Source: Felis catus (lineage: Eukaryota). From it: a DNA stretch of 64,000 nucleotides. Location: assembly GCF_018350175.1 (NCBI RefSeq), contig NC_058368.1, positions 138,076,001-138,140,000 on the forward strand. The letters are read 5' to 3'. Position 1 is the stretch's first letter, and each line of letters starts with the position of its first letter. Made by a program: the position numbers and the translations under genes. This document shows positions 38,632 through 51,777 of the stretch, piece after piece. Under the pieces are notes generated by a model, which had not been told where the DNA came from, ran no database searches, and was given only the letters and a program-made list of their open reading frames with translations.

Positions 38632-40444
38632 TAAATAGTCTACCTTTTTGACTGAGGTGCAAGTGAAGATCTCTTGATCCTTGTTCACTTTTCTCTGCTT
38701 CTTGGTGAGATGGACACTTTCTTCTCGTGGTATGTGACTTGATGCCTACAGTGCACCCAGGGCTAGTGCCAATGTATATCTTGCTGCTGAAGCTGTGCCA
38801 AAGGGCATTCTCTGAAAGTTCCAGCAAGCCTGGGCTCAATTTGCATAGAATTTTGCATGCATGTTAACTAGTGGAGGGAAATGGGCAAAAAACTATTTGG
38901 AACAGGCACAGAGTTCAGTGGACTTTTCCTTTGAGATTGTCCACGTGCTTCCATTATACACAGAACAGTAGGAAAGTCCTCATTAGGCTAGCAGAACTGA
39001 GGCATATTCCCACCACTTGCGTTCCAGGCTCTTAACCTAGTTCACAAATTGCCCATCTCTGATTGCCTCTTGGAGGAAAAATGGAGGGAAATAAATTTTA
39101 GGGATAATATAAACTTTGTTCTGAAATCAGAGTTTACTACTTCATTGATTTCAGAGGTATGATTGTTGAAATAAACATACAGTGAACATTTGTTGCAAGG
39201 GGTTCCTTTGGTCACTATTGTGGTTTACCCAGATAACTCATTCCACTTCTACTTGCAAATGGGGGAGGTGCAGTAGTCCTAAGAAAATAAAATAAGTATA
39301 TGAAATACAAATTTTTATGCAAATGCCATATTTGAGGAGGCAGTTATTATGAAAAAACTCCTAAGCCTTCCTACAAAGGCTTTTTAAATGTCTGTATTTC
39401 CCAGGGGCCAGATTGGTGACACAGGCAAATTCTAGGGGATCACTTTCAACATACTTTCAAATGCATCCAGCCATTCTCCCAGGACCTCTCTTGGTCTTTT
39501 TTATCTTCCTTCATAATTGCTTTGTAAAATTCTTTGTTTTCATTGACCCCATCCCTCCAAGCTGTTGATGTAGTGTTGCCACAAGGCTAAGTGTCAAATC
39601 ATAGATGCTGTAGTTTGCTTGCTGATACCACTTACTTTTGCTTCTTGGGACAGTTGAAGGTTGATTTGTGGCAGGGAGTGGTAGGGTAAGGGCACAGGAA
39701 GAGGAAATTGAGTCACTAGTGTCTTTCCAGGCCTGTTGACTTGGTTTTTGGAATAATTAGAAGCTTCTAGTAAAACCATGTGAGATGTGATATTGACATG
39801 TTTGTGAACATCATCACCACTCAGAAGTTTGGAGAATAGGGAGCCATGATGGTATTTTTTGAAGGAGGGAGAAAGTCATCCAAGGATTTGGTCATTCTGA
39901 ACACCTCTTATATTTGTAAGGTGGAATTCTGTAGCTTGGAAATGGCCATTTTCATGGTAAATCAAATATTTGTGGTTCTTGAAGGAATACAGGGGAGTAA
40001 TATATGCAGATTGTGGGTTGATGTATTCCTTCCTCTACTTGGCATTATTTGTTTTGCCCTGAGTAAGTGTGTGCGCGCATGTGCAAATTCGAAATTGCAA
40101 ATGGATGTCCTTAAAGAAAAATTTATGTCATTATTTCTTCACCAGGGAAAATGAAAGAAAGAAAAAGGCTGAGAATAAACTAGATTTTAGATCTAGTAAG
40201 TGGCTTCAGCTTGGAGATACAGGTGGACCTCCTGGTGAGATGGACCTGGATTACCATTTTAACATCAAGGAAGTAATTCAACTTCTCTGGGTCTTGATTC
40301 TCATTTATAGAACGAGGGGAGTAAGCGCTTGTAAAGTGCCTGCATCATTGACTATGTAGTTAATATATAGTTGACTATATTAACTATATAATAGTTAATA
40401 TATAGTTAATTATCATTCATTGTCTCTTTTTTTTTTAAATGTTT

Positions 40445-40511
40445 GGTTATTTATTTATTTATTTATTTATTTTAAAGTTTTATTTTTGAGAGACAGAGTG
40501 AGTGGGGGAGG

Positions 40512-40562
<51 letters not shown>

Positions 40563-40697
40563 TGAATATATCCCAAGCAGGCTCTGCACTGTCAGCATGG
40601 AGCCCAAGGCGGGGCTTGAACCCACACACCGTGAGATCATGACCTGAGCCGAAACGAAGAGTCAGACTCTTAACCGACTGAGCCACCCAGGCGCCCC
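40445..40697 (-). mobile_element. CanSINE with long (GA)n, nested in the tail of the adjacent SINE
   Basis: Flanked by aaatgttt on both sides. Confidence 0.93.
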
Positions 40698-40899
40698 AAA
40701 TGTTTATTTATTTTTGAGAGACAGAGACAGAGTGCGAACGGAGGAGGGGCAGAGAGAGAGGGAGACACAGAATCTGAAGCAGGCTCCAAGCCCTGAGCCG
40801 TCAGCATGGAACCCAACGCGGGGCTCGAGCTCACAGGCCGTGAAATCATGATCTGAGCCCAAGTTGGACGCTGAACTGACTGAGCCACCCGGGCGCCCC
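40698..40899 (-). mobile_element. CanSINE (host of the nested copy)
   Basis: The outer TSD atcattc(a/g)ttgtctctt brackets both SINEs. Confidence 0.93.
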
Positions 40900-41337
40900 A
40901 TCATTCGTTGTCTCTTGAACCAGGTAGTGATTAGGATCACTTGATGAAAAAGGCAAGTGTGGGGGCAGGACTTGAAGAGAAACAAAGTCAGCTTCTAAGT
41001 TTGGGAATTGTGATACAGTGAGATGGGCAAGACTTCAGGAAGACTTCAGCTTTCTCACTTGGAACACAGTGGAGATGTTGAAGGTGTGAAGAGACAGCAA
41101 ACCAGAACTAGATGTGTCCTTTTCTGAGAGGCACTGAGGAAGATCACTGGGCATTGAAATGTGTCCGGGAGTAATTCTTCCATTGTCGGAAAGGAATGCC
41201 CAGGGAGGTCCAAGGTCAAAGAGGATAGTATGTACAAAAGCTTATTTTGAGGACATTCTTTGTTTGTTTTATCATCAGTATGATGATATCCTACATCAGC
41301 ATAACTTTCGGGCCATATATATGTCCCTGTGTTTTGG

Positions 41338-41495
41338 TTTTTTTTTTTTTTTTTAAGTTATTTAGTTTGAAAGAGACAGCATGAGTTGCAGAAGGTGAGA
41401 AAGGGAATCCCAAGCAGGGCCTGCACTGTGAGTGAAGATCTGGACACAAGGCTTGATTCCACAAGGCTTAACTCACTGAGCCACCCAGGTGCCCC
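41338..41495 (-). mobile_element. Internally deleted CanSINE
   Basis: TSD tgtc(c/t)ctgtgttt. Confidence 0.85.
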
Positions 41496-43919
41496 TGTCT
41501 CTGTGTTTATGTACCTGTATTATTTAGATAAACTCACATGGAATCTCATGCACAAATCTTAAGAGTATACAGGGTAAATTTTTACAAACGCATATTTGTA
41601 TCATCACCCAAATCAAGATAGAGAACATTGTCCAGCACATTTTTGTGCCCCCTCCCAGTTGTTTGTATGAATGCTCTTGGGACTATCGTTGTAGATTATT
41701 TTCATGAATTAAGAGATTTTGCCTGAACATTCTCTTCCTAACACGTTAGTATTGAGAAAGTAAATACAAGATACAAAAATATTTAGCTGAGACCGAAAAG
41801 AGTGAGCTCTCTGATTATATTTACTAACATTTCCTTACACAAAGTGAATGCTTGTTCATGAAGTGAATTCATTTCTTAGCACTCTCAAGAAAACACTCCT
41901 TCCATTGTGTGGGTCAGGCTGTGGTACTCTGATTTAGACAAAATAGACAACAAGTGGTGAGAAGATGGCTTGAAACCCAAACTCCAACGAGCAAGGAACC
42001 ACAGTCAGAGTCTTAACTGTCATCTGTGGAGTCTGGGTTTGGTGCTGCTGCCGCTGAACTGTGTGGCTGATTCCCTTTGTAGTCACCCCCTGCTGATTCC
42101 GCGATTACTGTCTCTGATCTCCCTATCTTGATGTCCCTCGCCCCAAATTTAGAATCTGAAATGGGACATGATGGGCTGAGCCTGGGTCATATGACTGCCA
42201 AAGGCCAGCAGAGGAAATGCCCGTTTTTGTATTGTGAGGTAGGGTCTTGCCTGCCCCGAAGACTCAAACATCGGATGATTCTCTAAAAATAGGAAGAGGT
42301 TTGGATGTCATTTAGACAAAAACGAAACCAAGCGCAACTGAAAGGCAAACTGTCCATCATACTTTAAAGCTCACTTCTGTTATTTTAGAACACAGCATAT
42401 CTGAAGTGTTATGTGTTAGGTAGCAGATTCCATGTAGCTTCAGGACAGAGTGCTGCTATCTCAATATGCTATTGACTTGTGTGGGGAGCTGTTAACGGAT
42501 CTCCTAAAGTTCGTCTCTTAGGAGTAATGCCTTGAGTTTTCAAGTAAAAGTATCTAGGTGTCCTTGGTCTTGAACAAAAGTATGCTGGGATTGAAAAGAT
42601 GTCTCCCCCCATCCTGTAACTGAGTGGTGACATGTGCTGATCAGAATTTCCTTTTGATGTGTTCAGATAGTATCAGTTACCAGAGCCCAAGAGATGGGCT
42701 AACAAAGCTGTTAACGGCTTCATTTATTACAAAGAGGGAGGAGATTTTTCTTCTGATACAAGCTATAGGCTTGTTTTGGAATGAAGACTAATAATTTAAT
42801 TCATTTGGCCTTAAGAAGTTAAACAGTATCAAGATGAGGGTTTTTTGTTTTTTTTTTTTTTAATGACAAGCTTTGATGAACCAGGCACCTGTGATTCCTC
42901 GATGTCTCAATAGCTACATCTCTCAACTGAGAATTGTTGCTTTCTTTGCTTTGATGGCAAGTCTGGAGAATTCTGTGACAATTATGAGTATACTGGGTAT
43001 GTCAGTGTATAGTATTTCGAGTGCTGAGGGCCTGTTTTGAGGTCCAGTGTTGTTCTTGCTTATGTTATTTGTGTTAGGAGTCTACATGGTTATCCAACCT
43101 GTTGCGGTCTGGATTTTGCTTGTGCTTATTTTGCTCGAGCCGACTTGGGGGTTGATGATACTGCTGATATCAACACTTGGACTACTCAGCATTGGTGTCC
43201 TGTTCACCCAGTGTGGCTTGCTAGACAGCTCTCTGGCCCCAAAGACCACCCGCGCCAGTGATTGTGATCATGAGCCTGCTTTTGTTTTGATCCCCTTTGT
43301 TGTGGAAACACCATTGCTCTCCTGACTGGCCAACCCCAGCAGTTGCAGGTTCTTAGTTGTATTCTTGAGACTGTTCCGGAGTGCGTGTCTTTCAGCACTA
43401 TCCGAGGTCACATCATGGCTTCATTATGAAGGTCGTTTGAAGGTCTCTTTTATGGCTTAGAGAAAATGTCGGTTTTAGCCAAGTTAATTGGTCTTGAAAT
43501 ATTTAATATTTCTTAGCACTAGGGGAAAAAAATCTCGATTCTAAGGCTTTGTGAATAATTATAAAGTTGATATGGGTGATGTAGAGCTCATTACTGAAAG
43601 ATACTCTACACTTCCTGTGCTCTGAATTTCTAAATGTTTCCCTCTATAAAAAGGGTACTGCTGCTGTTTGAGTGACCTGTTTACATACTTACAGTATGTT
43701 CTTTATTTGAACAGTTGGTGAATCTAGAGCATTTACTGAGACAGAGGAGGCAGAATGAAGTGCCAAGAAAAAACCCCCCAAAGAACGAACAAAAAACCCC
43801 TGAAAAACTGACCCAAGCAAATACATGCTCAGGTAGTTTGTGTAAGTGAATATGAGGGGACTGCATACATTCATAGTTTGTCGTTCTGCTCAACTTTGTA
43901 AGTGCAGGCCTGTTGTGAC

Positions 43920-45120
43920 ATTAACATTCACCTATTTCACCTGTTCCCCTACCCATCTCCCCTCTGGTAGTCCTCTGCTTGTTCTCAATATTCAAGAGTT
44001 GTTTTTTTATCTATTTTTTCCTCATCTGTTTTGCTTCTTAAATTTCACGTATGAGTGAAAGGCGGTATTTGTCCTTCTCTGGCTGACTTACTTCACTTAG
44101 CGTTATATTCTCTAGATCCACTCATGGTGTTGGCAATGGCAAGATGTCATTGTGGTTTTTTTTTTTTTTTTTCTTCCCCAAGTTTCTGATGCCTACTAAT
44201 CAGTATAAACCCCAACACAATACATCATGATTTTGTGCATTTAGAGGGGAGATAGTTCCTGGATAAGTAGAAAATTGTGTGGATGACTTCTGGAAGACCT
44301 TGATTCTCATCAGCTTTATAATGAAACATTTCATTTAGAAGTCTGGACTTTTTTTTTCTTCAGTTTGCTATAATCTACGTTCACTGAGTAGAACTTGTAT
44401 TGATCGTTGGGACCCTGTTTGTTCTAGGGTTCTGGGTTATTCTTGCTATCCCCACCGACCTCGGGACTGAACAGTGCCCAGGGACAAGACCTATAGCAGC
44501 TCCATTACCTCCTGCTCCAGTAAATACAGAGAAGGGGCATCAAGCTCAGATGCTGCTTGGCCTGACCAAGAATCTGGCTTAACATGATTGTGGTAGGGGC
44601 CTCAGGTCCAGAAGATGAAAAGATCCAATCTGAAAGGCTGACTACTAAGTAGTCCCTACACCAAGCACAGATGGCATTCTTTGTTTTGTGGCTGAGTAAG
44701 ATTCTATTGTATATATGTATCTACCACATCTTCTTTACCCATTCATCTATGGATGGACACTTGGATCGCTTCCGTATTTTGGCTGTTGTAAATGATGTTG
44801 CAATAATCATAGAGTGCATATATCTTTTTGAATTTGTGTTTTTGTATTCTTTGGATTAATACCCCATAGTGTGATTACTGGATCATATGGTAACTCTTTT
44901 TAAAATTTTTCGAGGAACCTTCGTACTGTTTTCCACAGTGGCTGCACCAGTTTGCATTCCCAACAACAATGCAGGAGGGTTCCTTTTTCTCCACATCCTC
45001 ACCCACACTCATTCGTTCTTGTGTTTTTGATTTTAGCCATTCTGACAGATGTGAGGGGTAACTCATTTGAGTTTTGATTTGCTTTTCCCTGATTATTAGT
45101 GGTGTTGAGCACCTTGTCAG
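43920..45120 (-). mobile_element. Carnivore L1 3' fragment hosting the NDUFA4 retrocopy
   Basis: L1 antisense sequence (cttcacttagcg...gcaatggcaagat | cattctttgttttgtggctgag...ttttccacagtggctgcacc) is continuous across the insert. Confidence 0.9.
44156..44668 (-). pseudogene. NDUFA4: NDUFA4 (COXFA4) processed pseudogene; former CDS about 44585->44335
   Basis: The minus strand reads MLSQILGQAKQHLSLMPL, then after frameshifts [43 protein letters not shown]. It is intronless with 5' and 3' UTR-like flanks and a poly(A) tail (T-run 44156-44172). Degenerate TSD: agatgtcattgt (44142-44153) / agatggcattct (44669-44680). It has a TGG->TAG stop and several indels. Confidence 0.95.
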
Positions 45121-45427
45121 CCCGAGGTGGTTTGCCCCTCCTCCTCCTGTCCTTTCTTGGTCACCTGACTGGTTTTCTGGTCATGCTCATGTTGGTTGAA
45201 TTGTCTAACTCCTTTATTTCCCTCTTGTCCTTAATCTTGTCCTCTTCACATTGTGGTTGATCTCTCTGCTCTCTTTCCTGTAGCCACCTCTCTGGGTTTC
45301 TGCCTTCCCCTTTCCGGGAGATCTCTTTATTAGAATATCAACATTGTATTTGAGAAAACTGGAATGATGACAGTAACTTAGGTTGTGTCCAGTATAACCA
45401 CATCACTGATAACGTAGAAAGTGGTCA

Positions 45428-45661
45428 TTTTTTAAAAATTTTTAAATATTTATTTTTGAGAGAGAAAGGACACAGAATGTGAGCAGGGGAGGAGCAGAGA
45501 GAGAGAGAGCAAGAGAGCAAGAGACCGACAGAATCTGAAGCAGGCTCTAGGCTCTGAGCTGTCAGCACAGAGCCCGATGCGGGGCTCGAACTCACGAACT
45601 GTGAGATGATGACCTGGGCTGAAGCTGGACGCTTAACTGACTGAGCCACTCAGGCACCCCC
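45428..45661 (-). mobile_element. CanSINE
   Basis: TSD gaaagtggtcat. Confidence 0.95.
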
Positions 45662-46570
45662 GAAAGTGGTCATGTTCTTATGCTTCGGTGATTGTTTATT
45701 CATTGTTGCTTTCAGTAAGGAAAGTAAAATTTTGAATGCTAACTGCATGTGAGGCATTGCCCTGAATGCTGAAAATTTCAAATAGAAGAGAGCTCTTAGT
45801 TTTCTGGGCATGAGATATCGTAGAAGAAAGATGAATTGTAATGATCATGTGTTAGCCTGTGAAAGAATCCTATTAGTAAGTTTATTGTTGTATTAATTAC
45901 AGTGGCAAAGAACTATTGTTAGGGGTCATGGAAATGATGTTGTTACACTGAAAATCGGATTAATTAAAATGGAATTTTTCGATATACTAGTTAGGAAGAG
46001 CTTAGAGCTCCTCAGGCTATATTCTAATATGCAGAAGAAATATTGTTTCTTCACTTATTTCTAAGAAAGATGTGTCTTCCTGACCCCTTGTCTGCTGGGC
46101 AGTAGGAGAACACAAAAGGAGTCTACTGCAGTATATGTTGTCTGATGAAATGATATAAATAAATAGTTGCTTTATGTTTTGTATGCTCACTTATTTAGAT
46201 AAACTTTTCAATTTCTCAGGTATGTGGCCTCATCTGTTCCTTTCTAGGGTACTTTGTGCAGGTCTGGGGAACAGAGTGGGGATTGGGTGTCCTGTCCTCT
46301 GCCTTCATGCCAGTTCTCAATGACCTTTTCTGTTTTTGGGTGTCTGGCTGGTACCTGCAGCTATGTAGGTTGGGGGCTGGTCTCTTTGAGCTTTGTCAAG
46401 CCCCAGTCGTGGTCCTCAGCTGACCTTGACTCCATCTCTCAGCCCTTGCTAACACTTTTTGGGACCTCTCCAGATCTATCACCTCCTCAATCCAGTGCGT
46501 GGCCTAGGACCTCACCATTGTACATCTCTGCTGTGAGTTATCTTTTGTTTAGCCAGGCCTCTTGCTTCTT

Positions 46571-46827
46571 TTTTTTTTTTTTTAATTTTTTTTTTAATTT
46601 TTAATTTTTTTTTAATTTTTTTTTCAACGTTTATTTATTTTTGGGACAGAGAGAGACAGAGCATGAACGGGCGAGGGGCAGAGAGAGAGGGAGACACAGA
46701 ATCGGAAACAGGCTCCAGGCTCTGAGCCATCAGCCCAGAGCCTGATGCGGGGCTCGAACTCCCGGACCGCGAGATCGTGACCTGGCTGAAGTCGGACGCT
46801 TAACCGACTGCGCCACCCAGGCGCCCC
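46571..46827 (-). mobile_element. CanSINE, young subtype, long patterned tail
   Basis: Perfect TSD aggcctcttgcttctt. Confidence 0.97.
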
Positions 46828-47381
46828 AAGGCCTCTTGCTTCTTGATTCACTTCTTTCTCCATCTTTCTTAGGAGTACACAGTCACTTCTGGTCCCATCC
46901 ACACCATACTAGAACTGAAATTGGCTATACAGTGGGTTAAATGTTAGTCTCAGTCTTGGAGTGTCCTGGAACTTATCTGAAACCTTTTCCTTGTTAGGGT
47001 CAAAAATAAGAAGGGAGATCAGAGTGCACATGTTTGACCATCCCTGTCTTCTTGTAATCCCCTGATCCCAGAAGGAGTGAATTTTAGGCTTTACCCTATT
47101 GAAGGTTCTTTCTGTAGTTGGTAGCAAGCATCATCCCTAGCCTTAATAAGAAGCAGCTTTATCTTCCATAGAAGACACCACAATCTGAAATTTTCAAGCT
47201 CTGTTCTTGATAAAGCCGACTTTTCCAGCCCATTGTCTTGATGTAAAATCATGTTTTCAATGTCAGAAGCAGATAGTTCTCTTTTGTTTTCTGCTGTCAC
47301 AGTGCTAAAATGTCCTGTCTCCTCAGGACAAGCATCCATAGCTGCAAGGCTTCAGGTTGACAAGGGAAAGATGACACACAA

Positions 47382-47385
<4 letters not shown>

Positions 47386-47434
<49 letters not shown>
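47386..47434. repeat. (TG)n microsatellite
   Basis: Direct observation. Confidence 0.95.
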
Positions 47435-47435
<1 letters not shown>

Positions 47436-47453
47436 GAGGGTGGTGGAGAAGTC

Positions 47454-47599
47454 ACTATCAAAGTATTACCCTTGTCATACTAGTCATACTAGGTATCAGT
47501 AACTAACTCTTTGCAAGTTGGAAGACGCTATCAAAGTATTACCCTTGTCATACTAGTCATACTAGGTGTCAGTAACTAACTCTTTGCAAGTTGGAAGAC
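47454..47599. repeat. 73-bp near-perfect tandem duplication
   Basis: ctatcaaagtattacccttgtcatactagtcatactaggt(a/g)tcagtaactaactctttgcaagttggaagac occurs twice. Confidence 0.97.
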
Positions 47600-49974
47600 A
47601 CATGTATCACATGCATAGAGGATACATGTTCCCAGAAACAAAGCCTCAATACCTCAATAACAAGGCAAATTATATTCTTACATATGAAGAAAGCATTAGC
47701 TGGGGATTATATTCCTGCCTAAGTACTAGATAGGACTCCTTGCCAGGTGGCATTGAAGAAAAGCTACAGACCACCAGGTGACAGGAAAGATGTCTTGCAG
47801 GAGAGTGGACAGTTGCAGGTTCTCATATCGATCCTGCCTGTTGGACCATCTACCTCAGAGGCAAATGGGTTAAACTAAGAATGTGTTGTTCTAAAAGACA
47901 AATGACTTGATGTATGTCAAAATATTTTGAGTGTGCCAGTTGCCTTAAATAGTAAGCATGAATATTGAAAATAATGGTAATAAGCTTTTTTAGTTGTCAC
48001 TTGAGATTTTAGAGCTCATTTAGTAATCATTAATTAAATTTTACAGATAGGAGTAAATGACCACATGAGTAGATGTGACAGGTGGTCCTTGGAGGGAACA
48101 TAACTTTAGTTTTGGTTGAATTAATCAATGAAGAGAACAGAGTAAACTAAGGGGGTTACAAGAGGGTAGAGCAAGAGCTAGTGATGCATTGGAAGGCACG
48201 GGAGGGGAGAGGTTCAAAAAATGAGAGGTCATACGCGTTAGCAAAGAGGTTAGTTACATAAGATTGAAGATGTCAGTGAGGGTGTTTAGCTACCAGTTGG
48301 AGGTATGGTAGGATGTCGGCTGGGTTGCAGTGAGTTAGAAAGGGAGACCGGGATTGCAGACCTTGACTATCACAGGAAATAGCGAGAGCATATAAGATGA
48401 AGGAAGAATTTGACTCTGAAATGGTATTGGACTTGAACGTGTCGATAATCTCATGAAGGTCCCAGTTGAAATGCAAGGGGAAGAGGGTGTACGATGGGTG
48501 GAATGGTACAATCTGACAAATTGGGAGTAGATGCACAGCCAGACCTTTGAGGGGAAATGTCCTCCTCTGAGACTTAAAAGTGTGAACCAGGGTCACAGGC
48601 TGAACTGAGGTCCTGGGTCCAGATTTTCCAACCCTATTCATTATTCTTCCTTCTGACTAACTTCTTCTTAGAAATGGGACATATATATCTCCAAGTGGAT
48701 ATTCAAGAAAACGAAAAGGCTACCTATGCCAAAATTGAACGTATATTTTGTCATTTTGCTGACCATCTTTTAGGATTTGAAGAACCTTTGGGGGAATTTG
48801 AAAGGCCCTTGCCTTTGAAAATAGCAGCTTTCTACAAAATGTGATAGTGCTCCAATTTCCTCAAACCAAGAGGCTTGAACTCATTAATCATTAGCTTGAA
48901 AATCGAGATTAGAGCATTTCATTGCTTACATTCTCACTAAGGTCTTTGTTTTGAGAACCTGGAGAGCAGGAAACTGTGGGATCTGGGTTTCTTTGTTTTT
49001 GCTTTTTCCTTTTTCCCTCAGGCTGTGAAGAGCAAGGGAGTTCCACAGGAGCAGTTCTCAGCAGTGTGCCAGGGAGGATAGGGACCCTGGAGCATGAGAC
49101 AGTCTCCTGCCTCAGTGTCCATGAAGACATTTAATAGTATGAGCTTATACTTCAGGGATTTGTGGATACCCATTGGCCAAAGACTTCATTCTCCAGCTCC
49201 ACTGGTATTGAATTACAGAGTCACGACTTACACCATCCTATGCTGTTGAAACCAGACAACTAGTTGATGACCTCTTTGAGAAGTCAAGTAAAATCATCCT
49301 TGAGTCCTGTTGAATCTTCAGAAAGGGGAAAATCTGAAGTGTTGAAAGTGCCTGTGGGTTTGGTGTGTTGGTCAGTGACTCTGGGTTTACTTCCCTCCAG
49401 AATCTACCTCTGCTTGAGTGCTGTGTGTCTAAAATGAGCCCGAGTTAGGTTTATCTGGCTGGTCGCTTTTGATTTTGAAAATACCCTGTTTAAAGCCTTT
49501 ATTTTTATTAATGGTGTCTTTTTTTTTTTTTTTTTTTTTTTAAACCAGGGAGCTCGTGGTTAGTCCTATGACTTTAGCATGGAACTGTTGCGTGAAATTT
49601 TGTCTCATCTGTTGGTATACTCCTTGTCTGAGATGTCCCTGGTGTAAAGGGCTTAAGAACTGTTCTGTCGTGTGCCCTGTGCTGGCTCCACCCTCACCTG
49701 GAAGATTTTCTGTAGACCTAGACACCGAGTCAGTGTTTATTGATCATATCCAGAAGCCTATCAACAATGGTCTTCTGTAGCCATTCACTGTTAGTTGAGA
49801 AATAATTAAGCAGTAGCATACAAATCTGTCCGGCATATGTGGACTCAGAGATAGAAAAGCTTGCTTCTCTGCTGGACTGTTTAGTAGACTAAGCAAAAAG
49901 ATTCATTGTGAGTGTGTAACAAAAGCTTTTCAGAAAGGAGAGAGGGCGAGAGATAATTAATATTCTCGAACATC

Positions 49975-50150
49975 CCCTGCATACCAGACACTGTGCTCGC
50001 TGTTTTGTAAACCTTTTATCTAATTCCCATGACTTACCCAGTGTGCTAAGTATGTTTTTTTTTTCCCCTCTCAAAGGCTCAGAGAGATTATAAATGATGT
50101 GTCCAAAGTTGCACAGCTATTTAATGGATTCCCTGAGACCATCAGACTGG
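49975..50150 (-). mobile_element. MIR
   Basis: ccagacactgtgct...aggctcagagagattataaatgatgtgtccaaagttgcacagcta. Confidence 0.7.
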
Positions 50151-50481
50151 AAGGGCTCCTCAAGTGTGTGGGGTGGATGAATGAAACACCGTGGCCCAGT
50201 TCTCTTGACCAGCAGCCCGAGCGAGTTTCCGTGTTACCATTTAGTCTCTTACCTTATATTTTTCAAAATGTACAATGCTTTATTTTTTAGGAAGACCCAC
50301 TATGAGCAGGATGTGAAAACAATGGGTGTGAATTTTCCTGCGCTCATTTAGTGTTGGACATTTGATTCCTAATTTAAACATAACAGTGCTACTCCTGACA
50401 TGTTGAAGTTCCAGAAAGGCTCTGACAAAAACCAGACAGGTATTTTATGGTAAATCCCTACTCAGAGACCATGAATTTTAT

Positions 50482-50482
<1 letters not shown>

Positions 50483-50528
<46 letters not shown>
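50483..50528. repeat. (TG)n microsatellite
   Basis: Direct observation. Confidence 0.95.
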
Positions 50529-50530
<2 letters not shown>

Positions 50531-51551
50531 ATAGATAGATTTATATATAAACAAGGCTAACTGTGTTCTGAAGTAGCTGTTCTTTGGTGGTCTGGTCTAG
50601 TGAACAGATGAGGATAATCTCTCTTGTTTAATGTAGACAGTCCTTTTAAGTCCTTAACAATAATTTAATCTACTAATTAGCCAAAATATTCTTTTTCAAG
50701 AACATTAATTTGCTAGTCTCCATTTTTTATATAGCAGGAGCTATATTTCAATGCACGGTTTAATTTTAAGAATGTTTTACATTATTTTCAAAGTGTTCAG
50801 GAAAGAGATTAATGTAATTATTGTCCAGGAATAATTTCTGTACCTGTCCTAGGCCACTTTACTCTTAACTTCTCCATAGACCAGGAAAATGGGTGTCACT
50901 CTCTTATATTTGGAAAAAAAGAATATTTCTTGAGAAAAAGGATTCCCTACTTGATAAAAACAGTTTTTCACATCTCTGGTCTAATTATACTCTTTTAAGC
51001 TCATGTTAAGGATCAGTTAGGACTTATTTGTATGTTCTTATAAATGGTGGGGGGAGGGGAAGACCAAACAAAACAGAAAACCAGTTCCCTTATAAGCTCA
51101 GGAGAAAGTTCCTTGTTCCCAAATCCGTTTAAGAGGATAAGCCATTCTAAATCTTTTCAGACACCTCTCAGAAGCGCTTTCCTAATATCCAGAGGTGGGG
51201 AGGGTATTTTAAACCCTAAATGAGCAAACCAAACTGGCCTGGCGACTGCTTAGTCACACTCTAATCGGTCTAGAAATGGTTCTGGCATGGGCGTGATGGT
51301 TAGAAGTGCTCAGTTACAACCAAATCCTGGCTTCTCTGGAGTGGATTTCAGAGTTTGCATTTGGTTACCTCCTGCAAGTATTAGACAAGAAAATGGTATC
51401 TGCCATCTCCGCTCCTTTTAAGTACCTTCTCTCCAGCTCTGGAGTGCCTTGATTTGTGTCCAGTGGCCCACACAGGTGTCCTTGCTAGCATTTGTAGGGA
51501 TAGTGCAGAGAGGCCTGGGTGTCCTCCACATGATTTACCCACCCCTATTTT

Positions 51552-51777
51552 CATTTAAAAATTTTTTTTTAAAGTTTATTTATTTTTGAGAGAGAGAGAG
51601 AGAGACAGAGCGTGAGCAGGGGAGGGGCAGAGAAAGAGGGAGACACAGAATCCGAAGCAGGCTCCAGGCTCCGAGCTGTGAGCACAGAGCATGACGCGGG
51701 GCTTGGACCCACAATCCATGAGATCACGACGTGAGCCAAAGTCGGACCCTCAACTGATTGAGCCACCCAGGTGCCCC
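51552..51777 (-). mobile_element. CanSINE
   Basis: Reverse-complement body; TSD-like ac(c/t)ca(c/t)ccctatt. Confidence 0.95.

Noticed and set aside
41960..42345. Possible old MLT1-type LTR (and another LTR-like stretch at about 23040-23400)
   Set aside because: The resemblance is too weak to assign without a profile search.
43047..43325. 92-aa hydrophobic ORF resembling a small membrane protein
   Set aside because: It has a non-ATG start, no recognisable homology and no promoter or splice context; T/G-rich composition explains the hydrophobicity.
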